A stretch of DNA of 64,000 nucleotides from Chrysemys picta bellii (Eukaryota), in the NCBI RefSeq assembly GCF_011386835.1, contig NC_088814.1:5456001-5520000 (forward strand), given 5' to 3'. This document shows, in pieces, positions 34,222 through 47,326 of the stretch. Position 1 is the stretch's first letter. Each line of letters opens with the position of its first letter. Made by a program: the position numbers and the translations under genes. A model generated the notes under the pieces. The model did not search any database. It was given only the letters and a program-made list of their open reading frames with translations, and had not been told where the DNA came from.

Positions 34222-34484
34222 GAGGCTCAAAGAATGAGATGAGTTCCTGGAGCACAAGTCCATCAATGGTTATTAGCCAAGATGGTTAGGGACACAGCCC
34301 CATGCTCTGATTGTCCCTAACCTCTGTTTGCCAGAAGCTGGGATTGGACGACAGGGGATGGATCACTTGATGATGACCTGTTCTGTTCATTCCCTCTGGG
34401 GCACCTGGCATTGGCCACTGGCGGAAGACAGGATACTGGGCTAGATGGACCGTTGATATGATCCAGTATGGCCATTCTTATGTT
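34222..34484 (+). mobile_element. CR1-family 3' end
   Basis: GTCCATCAATGGTTATTAGCCAAGATGG...CCAGTATGGCCATTCTTATGTT tail; a reverse piece of the same family lies at about 6770-6812. Confidence 0.65.
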
Positions 34485-35322
34485 ACCCACAGGGCTGTGC
34501 CTGGCTTTAATAGCCCGCCCCTTCTTTCTAAGGACTTGGCTACACGAGACAGTTATAGCGGTATAAGCTAAAACGTGAATTTAGATTGTGGCTGTTCTGG
34601 TATAACCCCGATGTGGACACTCTTATTCGGGTTGAGAGGGCCTTTTGACAAGTTAGCTTATGTCAGTTGGGAAGGGTTGAAGTTAAACCAAAAAATCTCC
34701 CCATTTATTCCAGAATAAATGTGTCCACTTGTGGGGCTACACCAGTATAATTAGTTTAACCGGTAAAACTTTCCCATAACCACCTGTGAGGGACCTAAAT
34801 ACTAATCTTAATTTACAGGGGAAACTGAGGCACAGAGAGGCGAGAGGGTAAGGTCCTGCAGAGCTGGGACTAAAATCCAGGTCTCCTGACTCTCAGGTCC
34901 ATGATTTAAGCTTCGAGACCAGCCTTTCCATTACTCAGCATGGGACAAGACAGCAGCTTCAGAGCTCAGCTGACCTAAAAAAAAATCAACAAGCAGTGAA
35001 TGAAATAAAAAACCAGAGTGTTCTCCAGTGGCTAGAACAGGTAGATGGGCAGGACAGCGTCAGGACGTTAGGTTCTGTTTTGACTCTGTCATTGGCTCAT
35101 TGTGTGACTTTAAGCAATGTGCCTCCTTTCAAATGTGGATAATCAGAGACCGTTCAGCGGGCCGGGAGTTGTGATGCTAAACTCCTGTGGGCTGGTTCCT
35201 GCAGCTACAGGGTTAGCAGGATTTGAGATGATGTGTGGGAAAGCGAAGGATCCTGACGGTTGATGGGTGGGGGTGTAACACTCCAATTCTTCTGCTCCTC
35301 TCCCCGTTTCTGTCCTGTGCAG

Positions 35323-35447
35323 GCATTTGAGGAGAAACATCTCGCCTCCTTTGACCCGATTAAGCAGTTTGCCGTGTGGTTTGAAGAGGCCATGCAGTGC
35401 CCCTCAATCGGTGAAGCCAATGCTATGTGCCTGGCCACCTGTACCAG
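35323..35447 (+). CDS. PNPO: PNPO exon 2
   Basis: [41 protein letters not shown]; 125 nt, phase 0/2. Confidence 0.97.
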
Positions 35448-35944
35448 GTGGGCATTGCAAGGGAGTCGCTGGCCCAGAATCTCTCCTGTCTGCGTCTTTG
35501 GGTGGCTTCCTTTGCTGCTTTCCTGCAGGGAGGTGCCCTGCCAGCTTGCGTATCCTGGGCTGGGTAACCTGGCAAGTAGGGGAGCAGACAGCTTCCGGCA
35601 TGTTTGTATGGCTAGTAAGGAGTGGATCCAGAGGCACGGTTATGTGTTGGAACAGGACTGGGCATTTGCCCTATTACACAATTATGCTGACGCCAGCGGG
35701 GTCCAATCTCAAATGCTTTAGAGGAAGGCACAAAAGTCTGTAATGTGCAGCCTCCTATAATGAGGTACAGGGTGAGAGAGGGTGGTGAATCGTCCTTCCT
35801 GATCTCAGCAATGCTCAATTCATGACCGGAAAGAAGAGGGTAGATTCCCTTCACCTTTGCCTGGGCAGGAGGGCAGTCTCTGGAATGTATTTCTGTATGT
35901 GCTTGCCCTTCTGTGTTGACTGGTGCATTTGTTCCCTGGCTCAG

Positions 35945-36044
35945 GGATGGGAGGCCCTCTGCCCGCATGGTGCTCCTGAAGGGGTTTAGCCAGAATGGCT
36001 TTCGATTCTTCACTAATCACGAGAGCCGGAAAGGAAAAGAGCTG
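35945..36044 (+). CDS. PNPO: PNPO exon 3
   Basis: [33 protein letters not shown] (FMN-binding motif); phase 2/0. Confidence 0.97.
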
Positions 36045-36693
36045 GTGAGAGCTGCCTCATGGGTTACAGACCATGTTGTTCATGGATTTGTGTGGGGCAT
36101 GTCACTGAGGGCTGGGTTTGCTCACCTCTGATGGGGGTCGGCGGGGCGCCAGGAGGGAGGATCTTGGGGGACATAAGATGTTGACCAGCAAGCTGGTCAA
36201 CTACCCACTGGCCTGTATTTTCCATGTCTGTACGGGCACCTGAACTTTGCTCAGATGAGGGGCAGGACGCCGACTTGCCAGGTGCTCAAGGTCTGCACCA
36301 GGCTTACATCAAATCAAGTGGACAGCAGCTGCCTCTCTCCTTTGGTATAGAAGAGCAGCCCACAGATACACCTCAGGGACCAAAGTGCCTTGGGCTATGT
36401 TGATCCCAGGTGTGGGGATCAGAGAGTGGGAGGGAGATATCTCCTTGGGCCCCCCTCCACTCCCCATCCTGATTTGATCAAGGTGATGCATAGCATGTTG
36501 GCACCTCCCCATGGGCTGTGTTGGCTTAGTCTGTCGTGTGCTCTTAAATTCCTCCCAAGTCCCAAACCCTTGAGCAAAGTCTGAGCTAGGAGAGGTGGGT
36601 AATTTCTCTAGCTTTTAAGACGTGACACGTTACCCAATTGATGAAAGTCCTTTGTTTTGTGGTTTTTATTCCCCCCGCCTCCCCGCTCTGCAG

Positions 36694-36747
36694 GACTCCA
36701 ATCCTTTTGCCTCGGTCGTCTTTTACTGGGAGCCCCTTAATCGCCAG
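36694..36747 (+). CDS. PNPO: PNPO exon 4
   Basis: DSNPFASVVFYWEPLNRQ; 54 nt with AG/GT boundaries. Confidence 0.96.
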
Positions 36748-37798
36748 GTGAGTTGTGCCTTCTGATCCCGATCAAGGGGAGGAAGCGGCAGAGGGGATAA
36801 GCTCAGCACCCTGCATGCAGTATCAGAGTTACTGGTGAGGCCTGTTTGGGCGAAGTGCTAGAGGAGATGGCAGATGCAGTCTGCGTCAGAGCCACACTGG
36901 TCTCTCTCGCTCTCAAAGCGCAGACCGCAGCACTGAGCAGAGACCCTCTGCTCATCTTGGGCTGGGGAGGCTTCTTAAAAGCTCAAAAACTGCTTCACAC
37001 CAGATGGGACGGGTGACTGGAATCTGTAACTTACTCAGCTCCTTGGGGGCCGCGACTTTGACAGCTTGAGGTATTCTCCCCGTGCTGGACTAGCTGCTAG
37101 GTTATGAACTACGCTTAAAGAGAACGCTCACACACCACTGAATGCAGCTGCCTCTGGGATGGAAGGTGGTACCAGTTTAACAACCCTCAGCAACACTGCA
37201 CAGTAGTTCTTAAAAGGGGAATTGAAGAATAACGCCAAGAAGTGAGTCTATTGACTTGAAACTGCAAGGTGATTTAGGTCAGCAAAATATAATTACCGGA
37301 GTCGGAGACTGTTTCTCAGCTACGTACCAGAGAAAAAAGGGAGGGAGCGGCAGGTTTCTTATGGGGGAAGGAAATCTGGATCTGTAATAATGGACAGCGG
37401 GTGGAGGCACTGAAACCAACTGAGTTCTAAATGGATCTCAGGTGGGTTCTCTAGACCTTCTTCCCAATTGACTCTGCCTGAGGTGAGGGCTGGTGAGTTG
37501 GCTGCCTTTCGGGGAGCTAGTTCTGGAGGGGAGTTAGAGCTCTTTCTACCCTGCAGGATGTGGTGGTGATTCAAACCGCCTCATCCCCCTCTCACACCGG
37601 GGTTGGTGATCACCTGGTATAACAGCAGGGGACGGAGTCAGCACTTGACATTTGGCGAATCCGCAGAGGGAGGATAGCCTGATGCCCCACCCTGGATCCT
37701 AATCTTGTTGGCAAAATTAACTTGGTCTCCTTCTGGCCCCTGGCGGGAGTGTGCCCACCTTCCTGGGGCCAGGGCCCATCTCGCTGTGGCTGTTGCAG

Positions 37799-37927
37799 GT
37801 GCGTCTCGAGGGCTCTGTGGAGAGACTCCCGGAGGAGGAATCGGAGCACTACTTCCACTCCCGGCCCCGAAGCAGCCAGATCGGGGCGGTTGTGAGTCGC
37901 CAGAGCACCGTGATTCCCGACAGGGAG
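37799..37927 (+). CDS. PNPO: PNPO exon 5
   Basis: [43 protein letters not shown]. Confidence 0.97.
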
Positions 37928-38130
37928 GTGAGGCGCAGTGGGACTCGAGGGTGGGGTGGATTGTGCTGGATTCCGGCCCCTTGGGTGTCTCGGAGCTTGT
38001 TCCCTCGCTGTGTGTCCCAGTGCATCTTCTCTCCTACCGGGGGCAGTGAGGGCCCCAGGCCATGCGTTTTGCACGCGTGGTCCACGGCAGGAAGCCCCAG
38101 GCCTTCAGACGGTCTCCCTTTCCCTTGCAG

Positions 38131-38201
38131 TATTTAAGGAAGAAGAACACAGAGCTGGAAGAGCTGTACCGGGAGGGAACCGTGCCAAAGCCTGCGTACT
38201 G
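38131..38201 (+). CDS. PNPO: PNPO exon 6
   Basis: [23 protein letters not shown](W); phase 0/2. Confidence 0.95.
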
Positions 38202-38849
38202 GTGAGTGGTGCTTAGTGAGGAAAACCTGCCTTTGTGTAAGTTAGGCCTGGTCTTCCACTCTCTCCCTTGGTGTCCCTTCCCATTCCTCCGCTACACCTC
38301 CGAGTGCCTCAGCTGTGGCTATTAGAAACTGGGGAGATGTTGGTCTTAAAACGGCCAGAAGATCTCGGTAGAGATGGACAGACAGCACTTAGGTTTAATC
38401 TTTCCAAAGGGTGGTACCTCTCCGTAGTGCTGCTGCTTCCCCCTCCGCCAAGTGCCACCCTGCAGCGTCAATGTTAGATTTAGATTGAAGGCCGGGGCAG
38501 GGCTTGAACCTAAAGCTTTCATGCAGCTAAGTACCGGCTCCTGACAAAGCCTGGATTTACTTAAATGACACTTCGGGAATCAGTTAAGGTTGAGCTTGGC
38601 CTGCTTCTGAGCTGTTCCCTGCAAGAAGATGCAGAGCCCATCCCAGAGCAGCGAGCATCATTGGGCTTGACGTGGTTGTGTGCGGACGCCTCACGTCCTT
38701 GTTAGGTGCCCACAGGCCGTCGTGATATGTGCTGCGTAAAAGCTTAGCTCCATCCGCTTCGTTGTAGGGATCTTCCTGGTCCTCCTTGGCTTTGGATGAA
38801 GGCTGCTGCTGTGCATGGGCGCCTCTAACGGCATCTGTTTTTCCCTCAG

Positions 38850-39015
38850 GGGGGGATACGTCCTGAAACCAGACGTTGTGGAGTTCTGGCAGGGCCAAAC
38901 CAACCGCTTACATGACCGCATCGTCTTCCGGCGCCTCCGGGACGCCGCTGCCCCCACGGGACTCATGACACGCAAGGGAGAGGGGAACTGGGTGTATGAG
39001 AGGCTTGCCCCTTGA
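38850..39015 (+). CDS. PNPO: PNPO exon 7 to stop
   Basis: [28 protein letters not shown]...WVYERLAP*; joined CDS 780 nt, 259 aa; AATAAA at 39907-39912. Confidence 0.97.
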
Positions 39016-42000
39016 AGGCCAAGAGCGAGATCATTTCACACAGGGACCTGGGATATTTTCAATACTCTTCTGCCACCCCCCACCCCGCCCCACCCCTTAC
39101 CCAGGAGCTGCGGAGGATGGGGTACGGCCCCCTTGCTCCTGCCCTTCACAGGGCAACTGTCTTAACTTTTCCAAAACCAGGCAATATTTGGGGGGGCTCA
39201 GAGGTGCCAGATTGGCAGCCCTGGAGACTGAAGCCCTCCATCTATCCCAGTGGGAGCTTCCCCTGCCACGCGTGGCTGCCCTGACGTAAAGGGGCAACTC
39301 CAGGCCTGGGGTCAGTTCAGTCTCCATAGCTCATCTGATCCTGGGCACCTCTGCTGAGGATGCCGATGAACCAGGTGTCTATGGGGGCAGTTAGTGCCAA
39401 CTGTGTCATGGGGATGCTGCTTCACAGGGAATTAAGCTGAGACCCGCCAAACTCATTTCACAGAGAGGCCATTGGCTAGTGAGTCTCTCGGACCTCTTGT
39501 TGGTTATCTGGACCACCTACCAAGGGGGTGGCTGAGACAGAACCGCAGGCAGGCTGGCTCTCCTGGACAGCCTCCCTGGAAGTGCCTCCTGCCTGAGGGC
39601 CCCCCTGTTTTAACCTGCCAGTCCTCAAGCGCCAACGCGACATGGGGAGCAGACGTGTTGTGTGCGCGTTAGCTGTAATTGGGTGTTTAATTTTGTCCAG
39701 TGCTGCTTTGAGTGCAATAACGTAACCGATTCTGGATGCAGACAGGGTAATCATGTTGTTGGTAATGTCTGTGGCTGTGATATCTGTATAATCTCTCTGT
39801 GTAAGGATGTTCTCCTGCCAGACTCCAGCCTGGGGGCTGTGCCTCTGGGCTTAGAGCTGTTTTTATCAGTGCTGGTGTGTAGTCTCCCTAAATGTGTAAA
39901 CTCACAAATAAAGTCCAAGCTGCCGAGCGGAGCTGGAAGGGGATTTGGTTTACTATTAACTTGTGTGTTGCAGTTTTTAAAGGGGAAACAACATGCCTAC
40001 GTGGGGGCAGGCCGGGTTTGTATTCTTCTGTTCCTCCAGCAGGAGGAGCTGCGTTTGTTTTTCAATCTCTCCCCCCGGCAAGCAAGCGGTGCCAGGGGCC
40101 TTAACCCCCAGCAGGGGGAGCTGGTCTCCCGGCCGCGGAGCAGAAATTTGTCTGGAATGTGTGTGTTCCCTGCGTTTGCTCTCGCTTTCTTGGGTTGCGT
40201 CCCAGTGAAACTACAGCCTGATAACCTCTGCCCTGTCCCGGCTCCTTGCGCGAGTTTGCACCCTTAGTCATTTGCTTCCTCCCCAGCCAATCGGGGTCAG
40301 GATCTGTTGGCTGTTTCACTTGTGGTGGCAGGATTCCCATGCAGCAGGGGGAGTGACCAACCGCAGGCCCTAAGCACTTTCTTTGCTCTTAGCCCAGGGC
40401 TCGCCCTTAGCCCCAAGCCTGCGTGTCCTCCTCCCTCCTTTGCCACCTCATCGCTGCGTAAGAGCAAAATCAAAATCCAGGGCCTGCGGTGGGGAAGCGC
40501 CCTCCTGTCTCCCAGTCCTGCTTTTATCCACTAGAAACACTTGTGACCAATGAGCCCCTCTCCCTGTGGGGCTTGTTTTAGGAAGGATCCGTTCCTTTGC
40601 CACGCGGGAGACAATGAGCTGCAAGCGAAGTACAGAACTTCCATTCCCCTGCGCGGGGGCTTTCGTGATTGTCCGTGTCTGGGTTTCTTGCCTGGCTGCG
40701 GGCGGAAGCAGGTCTGATCTGCTATAGCAATTGCCCCCTTGTGCTGGGAGCAGTGAGGGGTAAGCGGCAGCCTCCTGTAGCCCTTTCTCCTGGCGTATGG
40801 AAGGGAGGGATGGTGGGCGGGAGAGGGGAGAAACAGGTGCATCAGCCGTCCTGCCGTGAGTGCCTCCATCAGCCTTTGTGTGGCTGCACGGCTAATCAGG
40901 GTGTCGCTCTTTCAGCTGCAGGCGTGGCAGCCTGGCTGAGCCGATCCCCCATGAACTATACGTGCCCGGTACCTTTAACCGAAGGGATGGGTGTGTTACG
41001 TATCCTCTAACCGCTCGCACAGCCCTCATTGGAGCCCCCCCCGGCTGCAGACTTGGGGGAGAGCTGCAAAAGTTGCGTGGCTCTCATCAAAATACAGCTC
41101 CTCTTCAAACCCTCCCTCGTAAGCTAAAATAGCTAAAGCCACACCAGTCACAGGGCAGCCGTCCCTCCTGCTGCCCTTTTCCACTTACATTTGGTGTGCA
41201 CGAATGCCCCCGCGTCTAGTGCATGCCGCCTGCTCCGTTGACAGACGGGCAGTGTTTCCAGTCCAGCATCTGCTGCTGTCCTGAACTCACTTGTCTTGCA
41301 GGGGGGTGGGGTACGGGGGGTTCACCTGCCTGGGATTCCCTTAGGGGTGCAGTGGGTTGTAATGGAGTGGCAGGCCTGGCCCGTTGTTTTGCTGGGAGGC
41401 TCGGGGAATCAGGTGTACCCCAAGTAGGTTTCACACTCAGCAGACATTTGCATAGGCTTAATGGTTCGTATTCAAATGAAGGTTTGACGCTGCAGCTGAT
41501 CTCTGAATGCCTGAGGGGAGTAGTGCAGATGAGGGAAAGCTGAGGAGAAGGGGGACCCCTAAATTCTGATGCAGATGGGGGGGGGCAGGATTGTCAGCCT
41601 AGAATAAATTCTGAGGGTGTCTGGCTGCAGCAATGGGAAGTGCTTGGGAGGGGTCGCAGGTTGGCTCTGAGCAGCAGGGAAGCGTGACCCCAAAGCTGAG
41701 CTCTGCAGGAGAGGGGAGATCCCAGCTCCGTGTGAATGGGGGTGGAAAACCATCCAGCAACACTGGCTTGGGAGTGAGTCACTCTCCACACCCTCTGCTA
41801 ACTAAACAGAGAGGAGCATTGCAGAGCCCCAGGGCTAGCTGTGTGCCCAGGGAGAAGGGCTGGGGACCGCACTGGGCTGTGGGAGTCCCAAGGGCAGAGG
41901 TTGTATCCAACACAGCTCTGGTTTCCAATACAGGCCAAATAGCTGTGAGCTGCCTCCACCCCTCCTGGGCTGTTTCACAACGAAACTAGCAAATGACAGG

Positions 42001-43306
42001 GAGATAAAGTGTCTGTTGCTACCAGCTGTTGCAGTGGTTGCCATGGCATCTTCTGCCTGACATGGCTTGAGGTTGTAAGTACTTTGAACCTTCCATAGCC
42101 CCTGTCCAAGGGGATCTCACGACATTTCACGTACGGGTGAGCTCCATTTCACCGAGAAGTGAAAAGACTTGCACGTCTGTTGTAGACCTGGGTATAAAAC
42201 CATGGAATCCTGACATCCCCCCGCCGTAATCACCACTCTTGTGCCAGAGCTGGGATTAGAGTCCAGAGGTCCTGATTCGCGGTTCCCTGCTCTAACCACT
42301 GGGCCACAGCTGGCTTTGGTTCTAGGTGGAGCCCACAGTTTGCTCTCTTGCAGTCTCCCCTTTGCGAAGGTGCAGGTTCATTTTCCTCTGGCCCTTTGGA
42401 GTGTGGCCTAGAAGCTGCTGGAGCAGGTGACCAGGAGGCAGGATCCTTGTGTGCTGTTCACAGCTCTGCCACTGACTCACCATGTGCCCTTGGAGCAGTC
42501 CCCGCTCTGCAGGCAGAAGTTCAGCCATCCATAAAATTGCGACAGCGCTTGCTTGCTTTGCGGGAGGGGGAGGGAAGGGAAGGGGGAGAGTCAGGGAGCT
42601 TCTGTGAAGCCGCTTTGAAGAGGGAAAGGGTCAGATCACTGATGTTTGGGTTTTAAATACTAAGCAAAACTCTGGCCAGCCTTTTCCGTTGCCGCTGCCC
42701 TAGTCGCCGATCAGAAATGGAATCTGCTTATGTCCGTTTCTGGAAGAGGAAGGATGACCCAGTGGTTAGGCCGCTATCCCGGGCAGTAGGGCATCTGCAT
42801 TCAGCTCCTTGCGCTGCCCCAGACTGCCTGGGTGACCTTGGGAAAGTCACTTGGGTCCAGATCCTCAGTTCTTTAGGCACCTAATTCCCATTGAAATCGC
42901 TGGGAATTAGGAGCTGACACACCTCTGGGGAGCTGAGTCTTTAGGCTCCTTGTGCCCAGCTGTGAAAGGAGACCTGCCTCCCCAGGGTTTGTGGCGACAG
43001 GTCCGTTAAAGATGGCAGCGCTCAGCTACGGTGGAGATGACGGCCAGATGCCTACCCCATAGCGGGTTATTTTAAAACGAGAACATTTCAAAACAGTGTC
43101 TTTAAACGAGATGAAAATGTTTCCTATGCCGCTGCCAGGAGTCAGGCAGCTGTGTAAGCCCCGGGGAGGGGGCACCGACTCAGTGACTGGGATGAGACAT
43201 GGTCTGGTTGGCTGGGGAGATCAGCACTGTGGATAGAGATAGGGGAAAGAGCAGGAGGTTCTGCTCTGACAGATCAGAGTAGCAGCACGTGGATGAATGA
43301 ACTCGG

Positions 43307-43368
43307 GCAAGGAACTCCCCCAAAATCCAGAACCTTCGAGCAAGGAACTCCCCCAAAATCCAGAACCT
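43307..43368. repeat. 33-bp tandem duplication
   Basis: GCAAGGAACTCCCCCAAAATCCAGAACCT twice, at 43307 and 43340. Confidence 0.9.
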
Positions 43369-44668
43369 CTCTTAAAGGAGCAGTAGCAGACAGCCGCTGC
43401 TTGGCTGTGCCGCTCCCCATATTCGCGTGGCAGTGTTTAGGAGCCCCAGTCTTGGACTGGGCCTCTGTTGTGAGAAGTTCTGTACAACCACGTTAAGCTG
43501 ACAGCTCCGCTGCTTCCTCTCCCAGGCTTTCCCGAGTGCTCTAACAAGACATGAGCAATGTGCTCTTGTTGAATAGAAGATTAAGTGACGCGAATATTTT
43601 CCCCCTCCCTTGCAGCTTTTCCATTGTCAGTGTAGAGCCGCTGTACCTGGTACGCAGCTGAATGTAAGCTGGGCTGTCAGGCTGAGGACAGCCAGGGTAG
43701 CTGCGGCGAATCTGACGACGGGGGAAATAGACCAGGATTTTCTACTCTCAGGGACTAATTACAAAGGTGAGTAAATTCCCAGCCTTCACAGCCGCCTCTG
43801 ATGGGCAGCAGCTCGAATTTTGCTTTAAAGCAGGGTTGCAAATGCCCAGATGCTGCGGTATGAGCTGCCGTGTAAACAGATCTGTAGCTGCCTACTGTCT
43901 TTCCGTCTCCATCCCCATCGGTCTTAGCCAATAGTTACATCCTTCTTCCTCTCCGCCCACCTGTTCGAGGAGCTGTGGTGCTCACTGATCACTTGTCTGG
44001 GACAAAGAACACCTTGTGTTCTGCAGAATTCTTCCCCTGTTTATTTTGGTAACAAACTATAAGGGTGGAGGCTGGGAACACAATATCCCTGGGTTATCTA
44101 GGGGCTGTGTGTTTGTGGAGTGACTAATTATGCGGGGGGGGGGTGTGTGTGTCTGAATCAAAGCTGGTGGGATAATATGGCCTTTGTAATAACTGGAGGG
44201 TCGCTACGTCCTTTCGTTTCGGCTTCAGGCTCAGCCACTCCCTGCTAATAAACAGAAAATCTTTTTGAGCATCCCTGTGAAACTATTTGTGTTGATCACA
44301 ATGCTCAGGCAAGGAGGGGCCCAACCCGATTCACCTCGCCCCCTGTCTGCTGGGGCAGCAGGTTTGACTCCTGGCATCAGGAGATGCGGTGGGGGGAAGG
44401 CCCTACTGGGCACCGGTAACATGAGAGGGAGCGACAGGGCTGGGTGGGCGGGAGTATGGCTTTCGCTAGAATGGTGTGTCTGACTGCATCCCTCTGAAGC
44501 GGTGCTGGAACTGGAGAGCTCTGCACCAGTGCACCCTCGTTCTAGAGCACTTCCCACATGGCCCTGGAGCTCCCCCAGTATGTCTACATGCACGCTTCAC
44601 CACAAGAGCGAGAGTCCTGAAAATAGCATTCCAGAGACTCAACAGTGGCACCCGTGAGGCCCTGAAGT

Positions 44669-44790
44669 GGGGTGACCGGATGTCGCTGTTTTAGAGGGAC
44701 AGTCCTGATATTTGGGGCATTGTCTTCTATAGGTGCCTATTATCCCCCACCCCGTCCCGATTTTTCACACTTGCTGTCTGGTCAAACCTA
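44669..44790. mobile_element. Short hAT-type MITE
   Basis: Ends GGGTGACCGGATGTC / GCTGTCTGGTCAAACCTA resemble TAGGGTGACCAGA-type TIRs. Confidence 0.55.
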
Positions 44791-44847
44791 CCCTGAAGAC
44801 TCATCACCTACAGCTAGGTGCAGGGAGACACCACCTCCCTTAATTTA

Positions 44848-45035
44848 GGGGGAGGGATAGCTCGGTGGTTTGAGCATTGGCCTGTTAATCCCAGGGTTGT
44901 GAGTTCAATCCTTGAGGGGACTACTTAGGGATCTGGGGCAAAATCAGTACTTGGTCCTGCTAGCGAAGGCAGCAGGCTGGACTCACTGACTCTTCAGGGT
45001 CCCTTCCAGTTCTACAAGATAGGCTACCTCCATTA
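44848..45035 (+). mobile_element. Tortoise-type tRNA-derived SINE
   Basis: Same head as 6116 and 26278; tail GGTCCCTTCCAGTTCTACAAGATAGG. Confidence 0.85.
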
Positions 45036-47014
45036 ATTTATTTAATTTTTTAATAGATACAGTATCACCTGCCCCCTTGTCCAGTGGTAGAGGGTGAGGG
45101 TCCCTCATCTTGCCAAGCAGAACAGTTTTCAATCTAATCCAAGCCTGGGGGTGTTTTCACAGATCAACCACTGAGCTCCCTTTGTTTTCAGGTTTGTTTA
45201 TTAACAAAGAACATCTACAAACACTTACAAAAGATGCGTCTTCAAAAAACAAAATCAGTGTCAGGCTCCGGCTATGAACCCTAACTATGAGCTACAAGCG
45301 TGTTTTGTCTCTTAAGGGTGCAAGGTGTTCCCCCCCCCCCCCCCCCCATAAGCCACCGCAACTGGCCTACACTTTGCGTACGGTGGCCAAACCTCACTCT
45401 CACCAGCATGGGGAACGGGTCACCTTTTAACTGCCCACCCCATGAATTAGTGACTCTGAACATGAAGAAAGCACCAGCCAGGAAGATCAAGGCCTCTAAA
45501 GTAGCAGCAGCAAAACGGCCCTTGGAAATTAAAAGGGTCAGCAAACTTTTCCTTTTGTAACCCGGAGGGGGGGAATTCTGCATCATTGCAACAGGCTCTT
45601 CGGCCAGAAACAACGTGAATTCAGCAGCTGCTCCTGTGCACAAAGTTCAGCAAAACATGCGCGTTTTATGAGTGCAAAATGGCTTGATGAGTGAGTTATT
45701 AGAATCTCTGCTGCTAAAGTCCACCTGGGCTGCCAGGTATGTGTGGCTGGTAGCCACTCAGAGGCAGATGAATGCAGTTAACCAATAACCTTGAATTGAA
45801 GTTACTGGGAACATTAGCGTGTCCTTCAGCATTTTTCACCCGTGCAGAAGGAAACTTAAAAGGGAGATTATGGTCAGAAAGCTGACTCAAAAGATGGCCC
45901 CTTACTGCTCATAGCAGGAAACCGAGGCATAGTCCAGGCTTTCTCATTCCCGGTGCTCCCGTGCTAATCACTAGACTGTCTGGCTTCTCCTCTGGCAGAC
46001 TCCAGCTGGTTTCTACATCAGCCAGTGCCCAGCAGTGAGAGAAAGTGGTCAAAGAAAATAAGCTCTCAGGGCCGTAACCCCGTTCCAAAGCCCCAGACCC
46101 CCCACCCGATTGGCAGCAGTTTTTCCTATCAGTGGAATCTTTCGTTCTCTTACCCCAGTGCCCACCCCCGGCTGGAAGATCAGATCTACTCAAGTGTTGT
46201 TCTTTAGTAGCCGGAGGCCAAGAGAGGCTATTGCTACAGCTAAGGGTGGTTCTCCTTTAGCTCAACTGGTTGAGTGCTGCTATCCAGGACATGAAGATCA
46301 CGGGTCCGATTCCTAATTCTGCCTTGAGTGGTGTAGTTCAGCTGGTGACTGCCTGTGGCCAAGTATTTCTCTTTCCCAGGCCAGGGACTAATCTCTGTGG
46401 TATTAAAAGGTGCAACTCTGTCTCCCAGCCAATCTTCTGTTTACCTTTCCTGTGTTGGTGGGTGCGGACAGAGCGGAGGCTAGTTGCTGGGAAATCCCCC
46501 AGGGCCGAGCCAGATGAAGTTCCTAGCCCTTCTCAGCCATCTTCTAGGTGCAGTGGTAGAACAACAGGGTGGATGAGAATAAACCGGCTCCTCCCATCCC
46601 ATGGCCCCCTGCATCGACCGCTGGCTCTAGCCGCGGGCCCTTGGGCACCGCTGAGGGTGTTTGCAAGAGGCCTCTGAGCTGCTCTGGGTTTGACTCCTCC
46701 CCACCTCCAAGGCTTCAGAGCAAGACCTGGACACCTCCAGCTCGTGACAGTCCCCCAGTGGCATTTATTTTAAATATGATGATTTGTATTAAATAAAAAG
46801 TATCGAGTCCTTTCTCCTTCGCGAGTGCACGTCAGGACCGAAAGTCTTTGAAATCTACAGCGGGGTGGCCCCTGCCCCCTCGTTACTTCATTTGCGGAGA
46901 GAACAGAATTGACATCTAGGCTGGCTCTGAGTCGTGACGGGTCCATGCGCGAGGGCCTCAGGGCGTTGGTCCCACCCTGCAGCGCTTTCCCCCCAATGCC
47001 TGCTTTCCCCTGCC

Positions 47015-47326
47015 TCACTTCTCCTCCCGCTCGCCATCGGCGAAGAGGTTGGGGTTTTCAGCCAGCGTGGCTCGCACTTTCTTCTTCTCCTTGAAGCGCC
47101 CGGAGTTGGAGACCTTGACGTGTTTGCCTTTTGTGTTCTTATCCACGATCTTCTCCAGCCGGGCGTTGAATTCACTCTCGGCGCCACCGTTGCTCCCTGC
47201 CTCTGTCCGTGTGGCCTCCTGGTGGTTCTCGTTGGCATAGATGTCTGGGCTCTCGTACAGGACCTTGGGGGTGGATTTCTTCTTCCGCAGGAAGGTGAGC
47301 TTCCACCAGCTGTTGGTCTCTGCCAT
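47015..47326 (-). CDS. PRR15L: Proline-rich protein 15-like (ATAD4), single coding exon
   Basis: [19 protein letters not shown]...[43 protein letters not shown]; Kozak ACCACCATGG; acceptor at 47357-47358; minus-strand AATAAA at 46764 and 45197. Confidence 0.96.
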   Translation of the reverse strand: MAETNSWWKLTFLRKKKSTPKVLYESPDIYANENHQEATRTEAGSNGGAESEFNARLEKIVDKNTKGKHVKVSNSGRFKEKKKVRATLAENPNLFADGEREEK

